Positions 51,045 through 62,374 of a stretch of DNA of 64,000 nt are shown piece by piece. The position numbers and the translations under genes are program-made. Source of the stretch: an uncultured Acidobacteriota bacterium (lineage in GTDB: Bacteria > Acidobacteriota > Vicinamibacteria > Vicinamibacterales > UBA2999); the NCBI GenBank assembly GCA_963734095.1, contig CAVTGK010000055.1:96900-160899 (forward strand), read 5' to 3'. Positions within the stretch are counted from its first letter, which is position 1, and the number at the start of each line of letters is the position of its first letter. Under the pieces are notes generated by a model. That model was not told the origin of the DNA and searched no databases. It saw only the letters and a program-made list of their open reading frames with translations.

Positions 51045-51245
51045 GTGCAGCAGGTTTCCTGACTCGCGGATCGTTGCGCGTCGTTTGCGTCTTCCCGTCG
51101 CCGAGTGCGACAGTGACGGGTAGCCCGGGCAGTCGGCCTGCCTTGGCTACCGATTCAGGACGAAGCGCTCCTCGCTTACAGTGGCGAAACCGTGTGGGCT
51201 TTGCACCCAGCTTCCCTGGCTGCCCAGGTTTGCGTCGGTTGTGGC
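51045..51245 (-). ncRNA. Cobalamin riboswitch
   Basis: Minus strand AGGGAAgctGGTGcAAagCC..GCCACTGTAA..CACTG..GGGAAG..GAGTCAGGAAACCTGC (B12 box). Confidence 0.92.
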
Positions 51246-51371
51246 AATGAGTATAACAAGTTCGTTACAATTGACGTTCGTGGCCGCCATTCTGCTCTCG
51301 AGAAGGCCCGTCGGCGTTGCCGCCGCGGCCGAGCAGCCCACCTGGCGCGACGCCTTCGCCGAAAGGACCGC

Positions 51372-51874
51372 ATGAGCAAGAGTTCGACCGTGACCGTGCG
51401 GGAAACGCCCGTACAACATGTGGCCTCGGTGTCGGAAGGAGGTCTCGTCATCCACGGTGAGAATGTCGTTCTCGAATCCCACGATCGCATCGAGGTTGTG
51501 GACCTGACCGACCGACTGATGGACTACGTCCGTCGCTTCAAGATCCGCGAAGGGTTGGTGACGGTCTGGTCGATGCACACGACGTGTGCGCTCTTCATCA
51601 ACGAGTCGCAAAAGGCCCTGATCGTCGATATCAAGCGGTTTCTCGAGGACCTCGTGGCGCGCGATCGCTACTACATGCACAACGATCCGGAGCACTCGGA
51701 CTGCGATCGCATGAACGCTGACGCGCACCTGCGTGCGACGTTGCTGGGCCATTCGCTCACGCTGCAGATCAGCGGAGGCGAGGTCGTCCTCGGGCAGTGG
51801 CAGCGCGTTTTGATGGCCGAACTCGATGGTCCACGCCCCGCACGGTCCGCTTGCAGGTATTTGGCATCTCGTGA
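51372..51874 (+). CDS. yjbQ: YjbQ/UPF0047 family protein (frameshift near end)
   Basis: HTT...INE, Y.HN, NADAH, LGQWQ and ELDGPR. Confidence 0.88.
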
Positions 51875-52998
51875 CATCGTCTCGACTCCGCTCCGCGCGA
51901 CTGGACGACGTCGCCGCGAAAATTGAGCGGCGCGAGCGCCTTTCGTTTGATGATGGCGTGCGGTTGTTCAATGCCCCCGACCTCCTCGCCGTCGGGTGGC
52001 TCGCCAATCGCGAACGGGAGCGTCGTCACGGCGCGCGAACCTACTTCAATCACAACCTGCGCCTGGAAGCGACCAACGTGTGCGAGGCGTCGTGCCTGTT
52101 TTGCGCCTTCGCCCGGCTGAAGCCGACCGACGAAGGCGCACACACGATGAGCGTTGACCAGGTGCTGGGCAAGCTGAGGCAGCGCGCTCACGAACCGCTC
52201 ACCGAGATCCACATCGTGAACGGCCTTCACCCCGAGTTGCCGTTCGAGTACTACAAGGATCTGCTGCGCGGACTGAAGAGCATTCGTCCGGACGTGCACT
52301 TGAAGTGCTTCACTGCCGTCGAGATTGCGTACTTTGCGGATCTGTATCGACTGACCGACGAGCGCGTCCTCGTCGAGCTGCGCGAGGCCGGGCTCGACTC
52401 GCTGCCTGGCGGCGGCGCCGAGATTTTTGCCCCGCGGGTCCGGCGAAAGATCTGTCACGACAAGTGCGACGGCGATCGCTATCTCACCATCCACCGCACC
52501 GCTCATCATCTGGGAATGCGGACCAACGTCACGATGCTGTACGGTCATATCGAGACGATGGAGGAGCGCGTCGATCACATGTTGCAGGTCCGTTCGCTGC
52601 AAGATGACACGCAGGGCATCCAGGCGTTTATTCCGCTGGCGTTTCACCCCGACAACAATCAGATGCGCAAGCTGCCGCCGCCCTCGGCGAGCGATACGTT
52701 GCGCGTGCACGCGGTGGGCCGGTTGCTGCTCGACAACGTCGACCACATCAAGGCGTACTGGATATCGTCGGGGGTCGAAGTCTCACAAACCGCGCTGTGG
52801 TTCGGCGCCGATGATCTCGACGGGACCGTGCAGGAAGAAACGATTTACCATCAGGCGGGCGCCCGGACGCCCTCGGCGCTCTCGACCCACGAGATCGAGA
52901 CACTCATTCGCGATGCCGGACGCGAGCCGATCGAGCGCGACACGCTCTATAACGTGGTACGCGTGCCTTCGGCTTCGCCTCAGGCACGCTTCGCTTGA
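51871..52998 (+). CDS. mqnE: Aminofutalosine synthase (radical SAM)
   Basis: CEASCLFC, PGGGAEIF, IPLAFHP and HIKAYW (MqnE-type rather than MqnC). Confidence 0.88.
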   Translation: MTSSRLRSARLDDVAAKIERRERLSFDDGVRLFNAPDLLAVGWLANRERERRHGARTYFNHNLRLEATNVCEASCLFCAFARLKPTDEGAHTMSVDQVLGKLRQRAHEPLTEIHIVNGLHPELPFEYYKDLLRGLKSIRPDVHLKCFTAVEIAYFADLYRLTDERVLVELREAGLDSLPGGGAEIFAPRVRRKICHDKCDGDRYLTIHRTAHHLGMRTNVTMLYGHIETMEERVDHMLQVRSLQDDTQGIQAFIPLAFHPDNNQMRKLPPPSASDTLRVHAVGRLLLDNVDHIKAYWISSGVEVSQTALWFGADDLDGTVQEETIYHQAGARTPSALSTHEIETLIRDAGREPIERDTLYNVVRVPSASPQARFA

Positions 52999-53120
52999 CG
53001 GTCCACGGTCTCCGGTCTACGGTCCACGGTAAGTTTTCAGTTTCCAGTTAGCAGTGCAAAGCAGCCCTCAGCTAACAGCCGCTGAACGGTGGGCCGTGGA
53101 CCGTAGACCGTGGACTGTGT
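52999..53120. repeat. Inverted heptamer arrays (GGTCCAC)n...(GTGGACC)n between convergent genes
   Basis: Read directly. Confidence 0.88.
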
Positions 53121-53123
53121 CCG

Positions 53124-53612
53124 CTACTCGGGGAAGTGGCGGAACACGCCGTCAGGGTCGGTCCATTCCGCGAATTCCTCCCAGTCCATGTTGGCAAGCG
53201 AAAGATTGTTCTGCACCGACCACATCGCCGCGGGAATGACGCGGAAGGTCCGCCCCGGCTGTTCGTACAGATCGACGACCAGGACCGGATGATCGCTTCG
53301 GGTAATGGTTTCGCGATCGACCACGAAGATGAAGGTTTGATCGGAGCCCTTGCCTGCGATGCTCAGCAACGATTCCACCGACAGCCCTTCATGCCGACGG
53401 TCATTCACGAATGTCACCATCGCCCTGAAATCCCCCTGCGGTGCCGCGATGGCCGATGACACCTCGGACCAGGTTGCGTCGCTGCTGAAATCGGTGCGCA
53501 GCACGAGCGAGTGAAGATCATCATCGGGCGTAGGGAGCATGGGCATGGGTGGATTCCGCCTCTCAGCGCATGATGAGAAGAGCACAACCGCCAGAATGAT
53601 CACAGATCGCAT
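53124..53612 (-). CDS. DUF6924-like protein
   Basis: LVLRTDFS..W, FVVD, VDL...GRTFR, NNLSLANMDWEEF and DGVFR. Confidence 0.7.
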   Translation of the reverse strand: MRSVIILAVVLFSSCAERRNPPMPMLPTPDDDLHSLVLRTDFSSDATWSEVSSAIAAPQGDFRAMVTFVNDRRHEGLSVESLLSIAGKGSDQTFIFVVDRETITRSDHPVLVVDLYEQPGRTFRVIPAAMWSVQNNLSLANMDWEEFAEWTDPDGVFRHFPE

Positions 53613-53674
53613 CGACCCCAGATTCTAAGGGGCGTTCAGATCCCGACGTCATGAAACTGGCAACCCCAACCGTG

Positions 53675-54188
53675 TACCGGAGGCGAGCTGGCACACCGGC
53701 ATCGCCCGGGCGTCGGGCGCGCCTCAAGAGCGCGACGCACGGGCCAACCGGCTCGGGTGATCGCGATCGCGGACAAAGCGCAACAGCGGTTGTGCCGACG
53801 GTTTCGCGGATGCTGGCGGAACACAAGCCGGCGCCGAAGGTGGCGGTCGCGGTGGCGCGGGAGCTGGCTGGTTTCCTCTGGGCGCCTGCAACCACCCGTG
53901 GTGGCGTAGACGGTCGCGGGGGAACCCGTACCGGGCGCGCGCGCGTCGCGAAGGTGACGGATGCACATCGGCACGAATCAGAGGATCGGCGGGCTAGTTA
54001 TGCGATACGGATCTGGGTCCCAACTCGCGCCCCTAGATTGCACGTCCTCTCGACGAAGCACTGTCATGCGTGCTCTGCCTGGGCGACTGGGGTAACCACC
54101 GGATATCAGCGTGACTCGTCGTCGAAGCGTCCGATGTCGTCCGTCACCTTGGTGGCGCGTGGGACCGCGGCACTGGCAACCCACAACC
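53675..54188 (+). mobile_element. 5'-truncated IS110-family remnant (transposase C-terminus plus 3' non-coding end)
   Basis: Frames give EASWH..RPGVG, RVIAIADKAQQRLCRRF and KVAVAVARELAGFLWA; flanked by 16-bp direct repeats. Confidence 0.78.
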
Positions 54189-54351
54189 GGCAACCCCAAC
54201 CGTGCGACTGGCAACCGGCAACCCGCGCAATCTTTGATACAATCAAAGTTGACCAAGAGCTGATCCGGCGAGACGAGCCGGGGCGCAGCGCTTGGTTTTT
54301 TCGCGTCCCGAGATTGCGAAAAGTTTCACAAAGTCACTCGAGGGCAGGACC

Positions 54352-55494
54352 GTGGCCGGAACCTTTCTCCCCGTGCTGAACGAGGTCGAAAAGCAAAGCC
54401 TGCACGAACGGCAGCCGCTGCCCGACGCCTATCTCGGTCTCTCGGACGAGGACATGGAGCTGCGCATCGCTGCGGCGCGCGCCGCGCTGGGCGACCGACT
54501 CGTCATCCTCGGGCACCACTATCAGCGCGACGAAGTGATCAAGTTCGCCGACTACACCGGTGACTCGTTCAAGCTGTCTCGGGAGATCGCGAAACATCCG
54601 GCCGCCGACTACATCGTCTTTTGTGGCGTGCACTTCATGGCCGAGAGCGCGGACATCCTGGCGCTGCCGCATCAGCGGGTGATCCTGCCCGACCTGGCCG
54701 CCGGGTGCTCGATGGCCGACATGGTCGCGCCGGATCAGCTGGAAACCTGTTGGGCAGAGCTCGACCAGATGGGTGTGGCCTCACGCGTGACACCGGTCAC
54801 GTACATCAATTCCGCTGCCGCGATTAAGTCGTTCGTCGGCGTGCGCGGCGGGACGATTTGCACTTCGTCCAACGCTGCAGCGACGTTGAAGTGGGCCTGG
54901 CAGCAGCGCGACAAGATCCTGTTTCTGCCCGATCAGCACCTGGGACGCAACACGGCGTGGAAGATGGGCGTCCCACTTGACGAGATGGTGGTCTGGGATC
55001 CGTACCAGCCGTTCGGTGGTCTCACGAAAGGCGAGCTCGATCGCGCCCGCATGATTCTGTGGAAGGGACACTGCTCGGTTCATGTGCGCTTCACGGCCAA
55101 GCAGATCGAGGCCGTCCGTCAGCAGTATCCCGGCGTGCGCGTCATCGTGCATCCCGAGGTGCCGTTCGACGTCCTGCGCGCCGCCGACGATAGCGGCTCG
55201 ACCGAGTACATCCTGAAAGCGGTGCGCGACGCCGCGCCAGGCACCACGTGGGCTGTGGGCACCGAGATCCACCTCGTCCATCGTCTTGCCGAAGAGGTGG
55301 CGCCGGCCAAGACGGTGATCTCGCTCGATCAAATCGGATGCTTGTGCTCGACGATGTTCCGCGTGTCGCCGAATCATTTGTTGTGGGTGCTCGAAGGTCT
55401 GCTGGACGGCGAGGTGCACAACCGCATCACTGTTCCGGATGAGCAGAAGAAATGGGCTAGGATCGCGTTAGACCGGATGCTGTCGATCCACTGA
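54352..55494 (+). CDS. nadA: Quinolinate synthase
   Basis: LGHHYQ, GDS, FCGVHFMAE, AGCSMA, YINS, CTSSNA, GHCSVH, HPE and CSTM. Confidence 0.95.
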   Translation: MAGTFLPVLNEVEKQSLHERQPLPDAYLGLSDEDMELRIAAARAALGDRLVILGHHYQRDEVIKFADYTGDSFKLSREIAKHPAADYIVFCGVHFMAESADILALPHQRVILPDLAAGCSMADMVAPDQLETCWAELDQMGVASRVTPVTYINSAAAIKSFVGVRGGTICTSSNAAATLKWAWQQRDKILFLPDQHLGRNTAWKMGVPLDEMVVWDPYQPFGGLTKGELDRARMILWKGHCSVHVRFTAKQIEAVRQQYPGVRVIVHPEVPFDVLRAADDSGSTEYILKAVRDAAPGTTWAVGTEIHLVHRLAEEVAPAKTVISLDQIGCLCSTMFRVSPNHLLWVLEGLLDGEVHNRITVPDEQKKWARIALDRMLSIH

Positions 55495-55512
55495 CTAAGG
55501 AGACTGATCGCA

Positions 55513-56136
<624 letters not shown>

Positions 56137-56154
56137 GTGCTGGTGCCACGCACC

Positions 56155-57372
56155 TTAGAAAAGCTTCACCTCCACCATCTCACCCTTCTCGACGATATCC
56201 GTCTGCGCCGGAATTTCGATGTAGCCATCGGCCTGTGACATCGACGTGATGTCGCCAGAGGCTTTGAACGCCGGCTGCGCCTCGCCGTTGACGAGGCGCA
56301 CGGTGTAGAACTGGTGCCGACCGGTGGTTGACACGATGCGTTGCGACACGGGCGCTTGCACGGTCCGAATCCGGTGAGGCGGCAGGTGCGCCATTCGCCG
56401 CAGTGCGGGGACGAGCAGGATATACGCGTTCGAGAGGCAGGAGGTTGGATAACCGGGCAGCCCAAATACCGGCTTGCCGCTGACCAGCCCGAACGCCGTC
56501 GGCTTGCCAGGCTTGACCGCGAGACCGTGAAAAAGAATCTCGCCGCGTCGGGCGATGACGTCGAGAATCAGGTCGCGCTCGCCGACCGAACTTCCACCCG
56601 AAAAAACCAGCATGTCCTCGTCCAGACATCGATCGATCGCGCGGTCGAGATCGTCGATCGTGTCGTGTGCCGTTTGATAGGGGACCGGCAGGCCACCGTG
56701 TTCGGCGATGATCGTGGTGAGCGTGTAGCGATTGATGTCGTAGATCTGGCCCGGGGCGAGCGGCATGCCGGGCTCGACGATTTCGTTGCCAGTCGAGAGA
56801 ATCGCGACCGATGGCTTGGCAAACGCCTCGATCTCGATCAGCCCGAGAGCCGCGAGGGCCCCGATGCGACTGGGGTTGAGCGGATCACCGGCGGCCAGAA
56901 CGGTCTGACCGCTGGTGATGTCGGCACCTTGCCGTCCGACATTCTGACGTGGGTAGACGGGCGTGAGGATGCGCACGTCGGCGCCGCTCCGTTCGGTTTC
57001 CTCGACCATCACGACGGCGTCGGCACCCTCAGGCATTGGTGCGCCGGTCGCGATCTCGGCGGCCTCGCCGGCGCCCACTCCTGCCGTCGGTACCTCGCCC
57101 GTGTAGACCTTGCCGACCACGCGAAGCGTCTTGGGGTCGTGCCGGCTGGCGCCGAACGTGTCCTCGGCAACCACCGCATAGCCGTCCATCGCCGCGCGTG
57201 CGAAGGGCGGCACGTCACGATCCGCGACGATGTCTGCCGCCAGCACGCGGCCGTTCGCGTGCACGAGCGGCACGCGCTCTGTTCGGCGCAGGCTCGCGAT
57301 GGCGCCGTCGATCAGCACGCGCGCTTCGTCGAGCGAAATGGTGTCACGAATCGGCCGCATGGCTTGGGACAT
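56155..57372 (-). CDS. moeA: Molybdopterin molybdotransferase
   Basis: PPF.RAAMDGYA, TGAPMP.GADAV, STGNE, SGGSSVG and KPGKP. Confidence 0.95.
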   Translation of the reverse strand: MSQAMRPIRDTISLDEARVLIDGAIASLRRTERVPLVHANGRVLAADIVADRDVPPFARAAMDGYAVVAEDTFGASRHDPKTLRVVGKVYTGEVPTAGVGAGEAAEIATGAPMPEGADAVVMVEETERSGADVRILTPVYPRQNVGRQGADITSGQTVLAAGDPLNPSRIGALAALGLIEIEAFAKPSVAILSTGNEIVEPGMPLAPGQIYDINRYTLTTIIAEHGGLPVPYQTAHDTIDDLDRAIDRCLDEDMLVFSGGSSVGERDLILDVIARRGEILFHGLAVKPGKPTAFGLVSGKPVFGLPGYPTSCLSNAYILLVPALRRMAHLPPHRIRTVQAPVSQRIVSTTGRHQFYTVRLVNGEAQPAFKASGDITSMSQADGYIEIPAQTDIVEKGEMVEVKLF

Positions 57373-57410
57373 GTATCCCTTTTACCTCAGACCAGGACTC
57401 TTCAATACAA

Positions 57411-57577
57411 CACGAAGGTCACGAAGGTCACAAGGACGTACCTAACAAGCCCAAGCCACAGAGACTCCGAGACTCAGAGAAGGATGACGTTTGGAACCTT
57501 GTTCTGCAGCTCGTATCACTCTGTGACTCTGTGTCTCTGAGGCTTGGCTGTGACCGTGGACCGTGGGCCGTGGACCA
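57411..57577. repeat. Composite 9-mer, inverted 8-mer and 7-mer arrays
   Basis: (CACGAAGGT)n, CAGAGACTC..TCTCTG, (GACCGTG)n. Confidence 0.85.
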
Positions 57578-57583
57578 CTAGAA

Positions 57584-58087
57584 TCACCGCGAAGCTTGCT
57601 GCACCAAGTGCCCCAACTCCGGGATCAACAGCTTCGTCATGGCCAGCCGTACGGCCCCTTCGGACCCAGGCAGCGAGACGATGATCTTGCCACGCGCCAG
57701 GCCGGCCGTCGCGCGACTCATCATCGCCGCCGGTCCGATGTCTTGAAAACTCAACATGCGGAACAGCTCGCCAAACCCATCGAGGCGTTTCTCGAGCAAA
57801 TCGTCGATGGCTTCGTACGTGCGGTCACGCGACGTCACGCCGGTTCCACCAGTGGTGACGATGACTTGAACATCACCAGCATCGAGCTGTTCTGAGACCG
57901 CGCGCACGACATCCGCCGGCTCGTCCTTGACGATCGATCGTCCGGCCACCTTGTGACCGGCGGCGACCAAGAGATCGGCAATCGCTCGTCCACTCGTATC
58001 CGTTTCAAGCGTGCGCGTGTCGCTGACGGTCAGCACGTAACAGGACACCTGCGTCGGCGCCATCGACTTGTGCTGATCTTGCGACAC
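57584..58087 (-). CDS. moaB: Molybdopterin adenylyltransferase MoaB/Mog
   Basis: TVSDTR..D.SG, TTGGTG..RD.T.EA, GFGELFR and SLPGS. Confidence 0.92.
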   Translation of the reverse strand: MSQDQHKSMAPTQVSCYVLTVSDTRTLETDTSGRAIADLLVAAGHKVAGRSIVKDEPADVVRAVSEQLDAGDVQVIVTTGGTGVTSRDRTYEAIDDLLEKRLDGFGELFRMLSFQDIGPAAMMSRATAGLARGKIIVSLPGSEGAVRLAMTKLLIPELGHLVQQASR

Positions 58088-58104
58088 TGGATCGTGATTA
58101 TAGG

Positions 58105-58280
58105 TCTCGGTTGCCGGTTGCCGGTTGCCGGTTGCCGGTACGAGAGGTTCTCTCTCAGTCCCTCTTCAGTGGGTTGCTGTCTACGAGGTGTTCAGAGGAA
58201 CTGAGGGAGAACCTTCGTGCCGGAGACCGGAGACCGGAGACCGGGGACCGGGGACCGGGACTGGAGACCGGAGACTGGCG
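58105..58280. repeat. Heptamer arrays (CCGGTTG)n...(CCGGAGA)n around an inner palindrome
   Basis: Read directly in the divergent moaB/GH3 intergenic region. Confidence 0.88.
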
Positions 58281-58305
58281 GCCGGAAGGCCGCTACAATT
58301 CGGCG

Positions 58306-60118
58306 ATGCGTGCGCCACTAGTCATCTGGCTGCTCGTCCTCGCGGCCCTTCCGGCGGCCCAGTCGCCGCTCGATCGTGACGCACAGCGATGGGTCGATGC
58401 GACGATGAAGAAGCTGACGACCGATCAGATGGTCGGGCAGCTCCTGATGCCGCGGTTTGCGGGCGTCTATACCAGCTCCGACTCCGACATCTACGATCAG
58501 CTGGCGACGCTCGTCCGGCAGGCGCATGTTGGCGGCATCATCGGCTTTGGCGGTGAGGAGCCGGTTCCGCAGGTCCTGTTGAACCCCACCTACGGCCCCC
58601 TCATCCTCGGTCAACCGCTCGCGTTGGCTTCGATGATCAATCGTCTGCAGTCGATTGCGACCGTGCCGCTGCTGACCGCGGCCGACTTCGAGTGGGGCGT
58701 GGGCATGCGCATCCATGGCGGCACCCGCTTCCCGCGCGCGATGGCGTTCGGCGCTATCGGCGACGAGCAGCTGGCACTCGAAGCGGGACGGATCACCGCC
58801 CTCGAAGGTCGTGCGCTTGGCGTTCACGTCAACTTCGCGCCCGTCGCCGACGTCAACAACAACGCGCGCAATCCCGTCATCAACATCCGATCGTTCGGCG
58901 AGGATCCGTCGCGGGTTGGCGCTCTTGCCGCCGCCTGGGTGCGCGGCATCCAGCAGGGTGGCATGCTTGCCACGTTGAAGCATTTCCCGGGGCACGGCGA
59001 CACGGCGGTCGACTCACACCTCGGGCTGCCCGTGATTCAACATCCGCGCGAGCGCCTCGATCAGGTGGAGCTGCCGCCGTTCAAGGCGGGCATCGATGCC
59101 GCGGCAGCCGGCGTGATGGTCGCGCATATTGAACTGCCCGCGCTCGACAAGACCGCAGGTCCCGCAACCTTCAGCCGGCCCGTGATCACCGGGCTGCTGC
59201 GCGAGCAGATGCGTTTCGACGGCCTGATCTACACCGATGCCATGAACATGGACGCCGTCGTCAAAATGGGGTCGTCTGGGGACAATGCGGTGAAAGCGGT
59301 CCTTGCTGGTGTCGATGTCGTGCTCGACTCGCCGAATACGATGGACGCGTTCCGCGGCATCAAGGCCGCGGTCGAATCGGGGCGAATTTCTCGTGAGCGT
59401 CTCGAGACGTCCGTCCGTCGCGTCCTGGCCGCGAAGGCGCGACTCGGCCTCCATCGTGCGCGGGTCATCTCGCTCGATGCCGTGCCAGACGTGGTCGGGT
59501 ACTCGCCGGCACGCGGCGGTGGCGCGTCAAGTGAGTGAGCGGAGTCTGACGCTGATCAAGGACGAACGCGAGAGCGTGCCACTCAAGCTGGCGCCCTCGA
59601 GCAGCGTGTTGTTCCTGTCGGTGTTGGACTATCCGCGCGGATGGCGAATCGCGGCTCCAAGTCGGGCGATGCTGCCGGCACTGCGTGCGCGATGGCAGGA
59701 CCTGCAGGCCATCGAGGTGTCCGACGCCACGACGCCAAACGAGCTCGCGCTGGTTCGTGCCATGGCGCCGCGTTTCGATGCCATCGTCGCCGGCATCTTC
59801 GTCCGCGTGGCGTCTGGCACCAATCGTCTCGACCTGGCGCCGCCGGTCGTTTCGCTCCTACAGGACCTGGCGCGGATGTCCGGTCGCCGGAAGCAGCCGT
59901 TCGTCGCGGCGTTTTTCGGCAGCCCCTACGTGCCGCTGACCGTACCCGAACTGCCGGCGATGCTGCTGACGTACGACTTGTCGGATGTCGCCGAAGAATC
60001 CGCGGTGCGTGCGTTCGCGGGTGAGATTCCAATCGGCGGCAAGCTTCCGATCGCATTGCCTGGGATGTTTCCGGTGGGACATGGGCTCGTTCGGTCAGTC
60101 GCCCCTTCGACGCCGTGA
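58306..60118 (+). CDS. GH3 beta-N-acetylhexosaminidase (frameshift near 59500)
   Basis: DFEWG, FAPVAD, RSFGED, KHFPGHGDT..DSH and TDAM.M. Confidence 0.9.
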
Positions 60119-60423
60119 CACGTCGCCGCTATTCGGCGCGGGGTTGATGACGTCGGCTTCGTGATCCGCAGGCCGGTGAACAATCGTTTGGACGGCTGGC
60201 TCGTTTGAACGCTGGTGGCAGGCCGCCGCCACACCGTTTCGCTCCGCGACCGGTTTTCGGATCGAGAAACGCGGCGCGAAGAGGTCGTCGCTATCCGAGT
60301 GCCCGCGCCGGGCGGCGTCAACGAAGACGAGGCGGAGCGCTTGGTCGGCTCGCTATGCTAGGATCGAAGTTTCGGTCCGGTCGACGAGGCCGGGCCGTGG
60401 GCCATCGGCCCGCAATCACGTCC

Positions 60424-60500
60424 GCGCCCATAGCTCAGTTGGATAGAGCGTCTGGCTACGAACCAGGAGGTCGCACGTTCGAGTCGTGCTGGGCGCACCA
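60424..60500 (+). tRNA. tRNA-Arg(ACG)
   Basis: GCGCCCA..TAGCTCAGTTGGATAGAGC, anticodon arm TCTGG-CTACGAA-CCAGG, GTTCGAGTC, encoded CCA. Confidence 0.97.
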
Positions 60501-60504
60501 ATAG

Positions 60505-60517
60505 AATCAAAGAGTTA
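60505..60517 (+). promoter_or_regulatory. IHF-like site next to the tRNA 3' end
   Basis: AATCAA-AGAG-TTA matches WATCAA-N4-TTR. Confidence 0.55.
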
Positions 60518-60519
60518 CG

Positions 60520-60547
60520 GCCCGGTGGCCATCACCGGGCTTTTTTT
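60520..60547 (+). terminator. Rho-independent terminator
   Basis: GCCCGGTG-GCCAT-CACCGGGC followed by T7. Confidence 0.9.
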
Positions 60548-60613
60548 GTTTGCAACGAGATTGCAACAGGAGACGGGTCGCGACACCTCGTTGCCCGGCA
60601 AGTCGGCCTAACT

Positions 60614-60860
60614 GCGAGGTGGCGGGCCGACAGCCGCGAGCTGTACTTCACGGCGGGCAATATCATGAGGGCTGCGGGCATCCTCCCCGGGGCGACTCTC
60701 GCTCCCGGATCCCCGGCCGAACTGTTTGCCTCGCCTGGAGGAGACTCGGGACGTCACTCGTGACGGCTCGAAATTTCTCTTCGCAGTCCCGATCACGGAG
60801 ACGCTACCGACTATCTCGCTGATTCGGAACTGGTCACCGGCCAGCGAACGACAGCGAAAC
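60614..60860 (+). pseudogene. Orphan C-terminal fragment of a PD40/TolB-propeller (kinase-associated type) protein
   Basis: RWRADSRELYF...ELF and, after a shift, DVTRDGSKFLF...ISLIRNW; no start. Confidence 0.55.
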
Positions 60861-60954
60861 ACGACAGCACGAGGCGTTGACGTGCGCCCTCGATGACCTC
60901 GAGCATCGCCTCGCGGCGAGCGCCCTGCCCGATGAACACGCGTCGGCCACCGCG

Positions 60955-62076
60955 TCAGACGCGTTTGGGAAGTGACCAGGAAACATTCTTGATCCCTGTT
61001 TTGCCCCCGCCCATCAACTGATTGCTCAGATCCTCGAGCGAATCATGCGGGGCCAGAGTGGCCAGGTAGCGAACCGTCGCCTCTTCGCTCTGCTCGACCT
61101 CGCGCGGCTCGAACACGATGCGGTTGACGGCGAAGACTTTCTGCACGTGGTCGGCTGGGAAGTTGCGGCCCTCGGCCTGAACCGCGACCAGCATCTGTCG
61201 CGGCCGGTCCGAGGCGAACAGGTTGAGAATGGGAAACATCGCGCACAAAAACAGCGTTCCGAGCCCGGCGACGGCGAAACCGCCAAGGCCGGCGGCCATT
61301 CCCAGCGCCATCAGGATGAAGAGTACGGTGATATCGCGCGCGTCGTCGACTGGCGTCCGAAATCGAATGATGCTCGCCGCACCAGCGATGCCGAACGCGC
61401 GAACCAGCGAGGTGCCGATGATGATCATCATCAGCGCCCCCGAGACGCACAGCAGCACCTGCGCCTGATCGAGTGTCGGGTTGGGCGACCGATCCGCACG
61501 GTAATGCCGCTGCACGATCGTCACGAGCATCCCCACGACGGCAGCTACGATCAGCTTGGCCAATTCATAGAGCGGGCTTGGTCCGACCGCTGGAGACGTG
61601 GTGCCGACGCCAAACGGATCGCGTCCTTCTCCGGTGGTCAGATCGATAACCGCGCCCGGTGGCCACATGTACCCGGTGACCACGAGGCCGGCGCCGACGA
61701 TGATCACGAACACGACGGTCACGATCTGCGACCACGGCCACGGCCGTGTGCGCGCGAGCGGTACCGAATCGGACATCGTGAACACTTGATCCAGGTTGGA
61801 AAGGCGCAGCACGTCGATGACTCGTGAATGCGCGCCCGCGAGGCAGAAACGACGGCCAAGCCGCTCTGATGTCGTGTGGCCACGCACCAGCGCTCGCACG
61901 CCGGCGCTGTCGATCATCGGTACGTCTCGCAGATCGACGACGATGCGATGGACGCCGCCTTTGAAGCTGGTTTGGATCTGCTGTTCGAGCTGCTCCGCGG
62001 GCCCGCCGGCAACCAGCTCCTCCCGCGGCGTCAAGACCAGCTCACGCGGCTCGGAGCGCTGCGAGAACACAGGCAT
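60955..62076 (-). CDS. STAS domain fused to DUF4956/MgtC-like membrane domain
   Basis: VDL..V..IDSAG STAS motif; AFGIAGAASIIRFRTPV.D..D...LF...G.A.G.G. Confidence 0.75.
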   Translation of the reverse strand: MPVFSQRSEPRELVLTPREELVAGGPAEQLEQQIQTSFKGGVHRIVVDLRDVPMIDSAGVRALVRGHTTSERLGRRFCLAGAHSRVIDVLRLSNLDQVFTMSDSVPLARTRPWPWSQIVTVVFVIIVGAGLVVTGYMWPPGAVIDLTTGEGRDPFGVGTTSPAVGPSPLYELAKLIVAAVVGMLVTIVQRHYRADRSPNPTLDQAQVLLCVSGALMMIIIGTSLVRAFGIAGAASIIRFRTPVDDARDITVLFILMALGMAAGLGGFAVAGLGTLFLCAMFPILNLFASDRPRQMLVAVQAEGRNFPADHVQKVFAVNRIVFEPREVEQSEEATVRYLATLAPHDSLEDLSNQLMGGGKTGIKNVSWSLPKRV

Positions 62077-62374
62077 GGACGGCTCGAATTCTACCCCTCA
62101 AACGGCGAGTCGGTGGTTCTTCATCGGTGGTTTTCTCCTTGGTTTTTGGTGAGGTTCCGCCGAGGTTCCGCCAGGGCGGTTATAGTCGTGCGTCTGCCGT
62201 TTCCAACTCGCGACTTTGCGCGTCGTCAACCGCCAGCGCTGCGGATCCGCAGTGGCCACCAATGCCGATGCCGCGCAGCTGTCGTGGTCGGCGTTCGCGT
62301 GTTCCAAATTTGCAGCGATGGCTGGCGAGCCGCAGACCGAACACGACCGGCCGTCCACGCGTACGCTACCGTTG

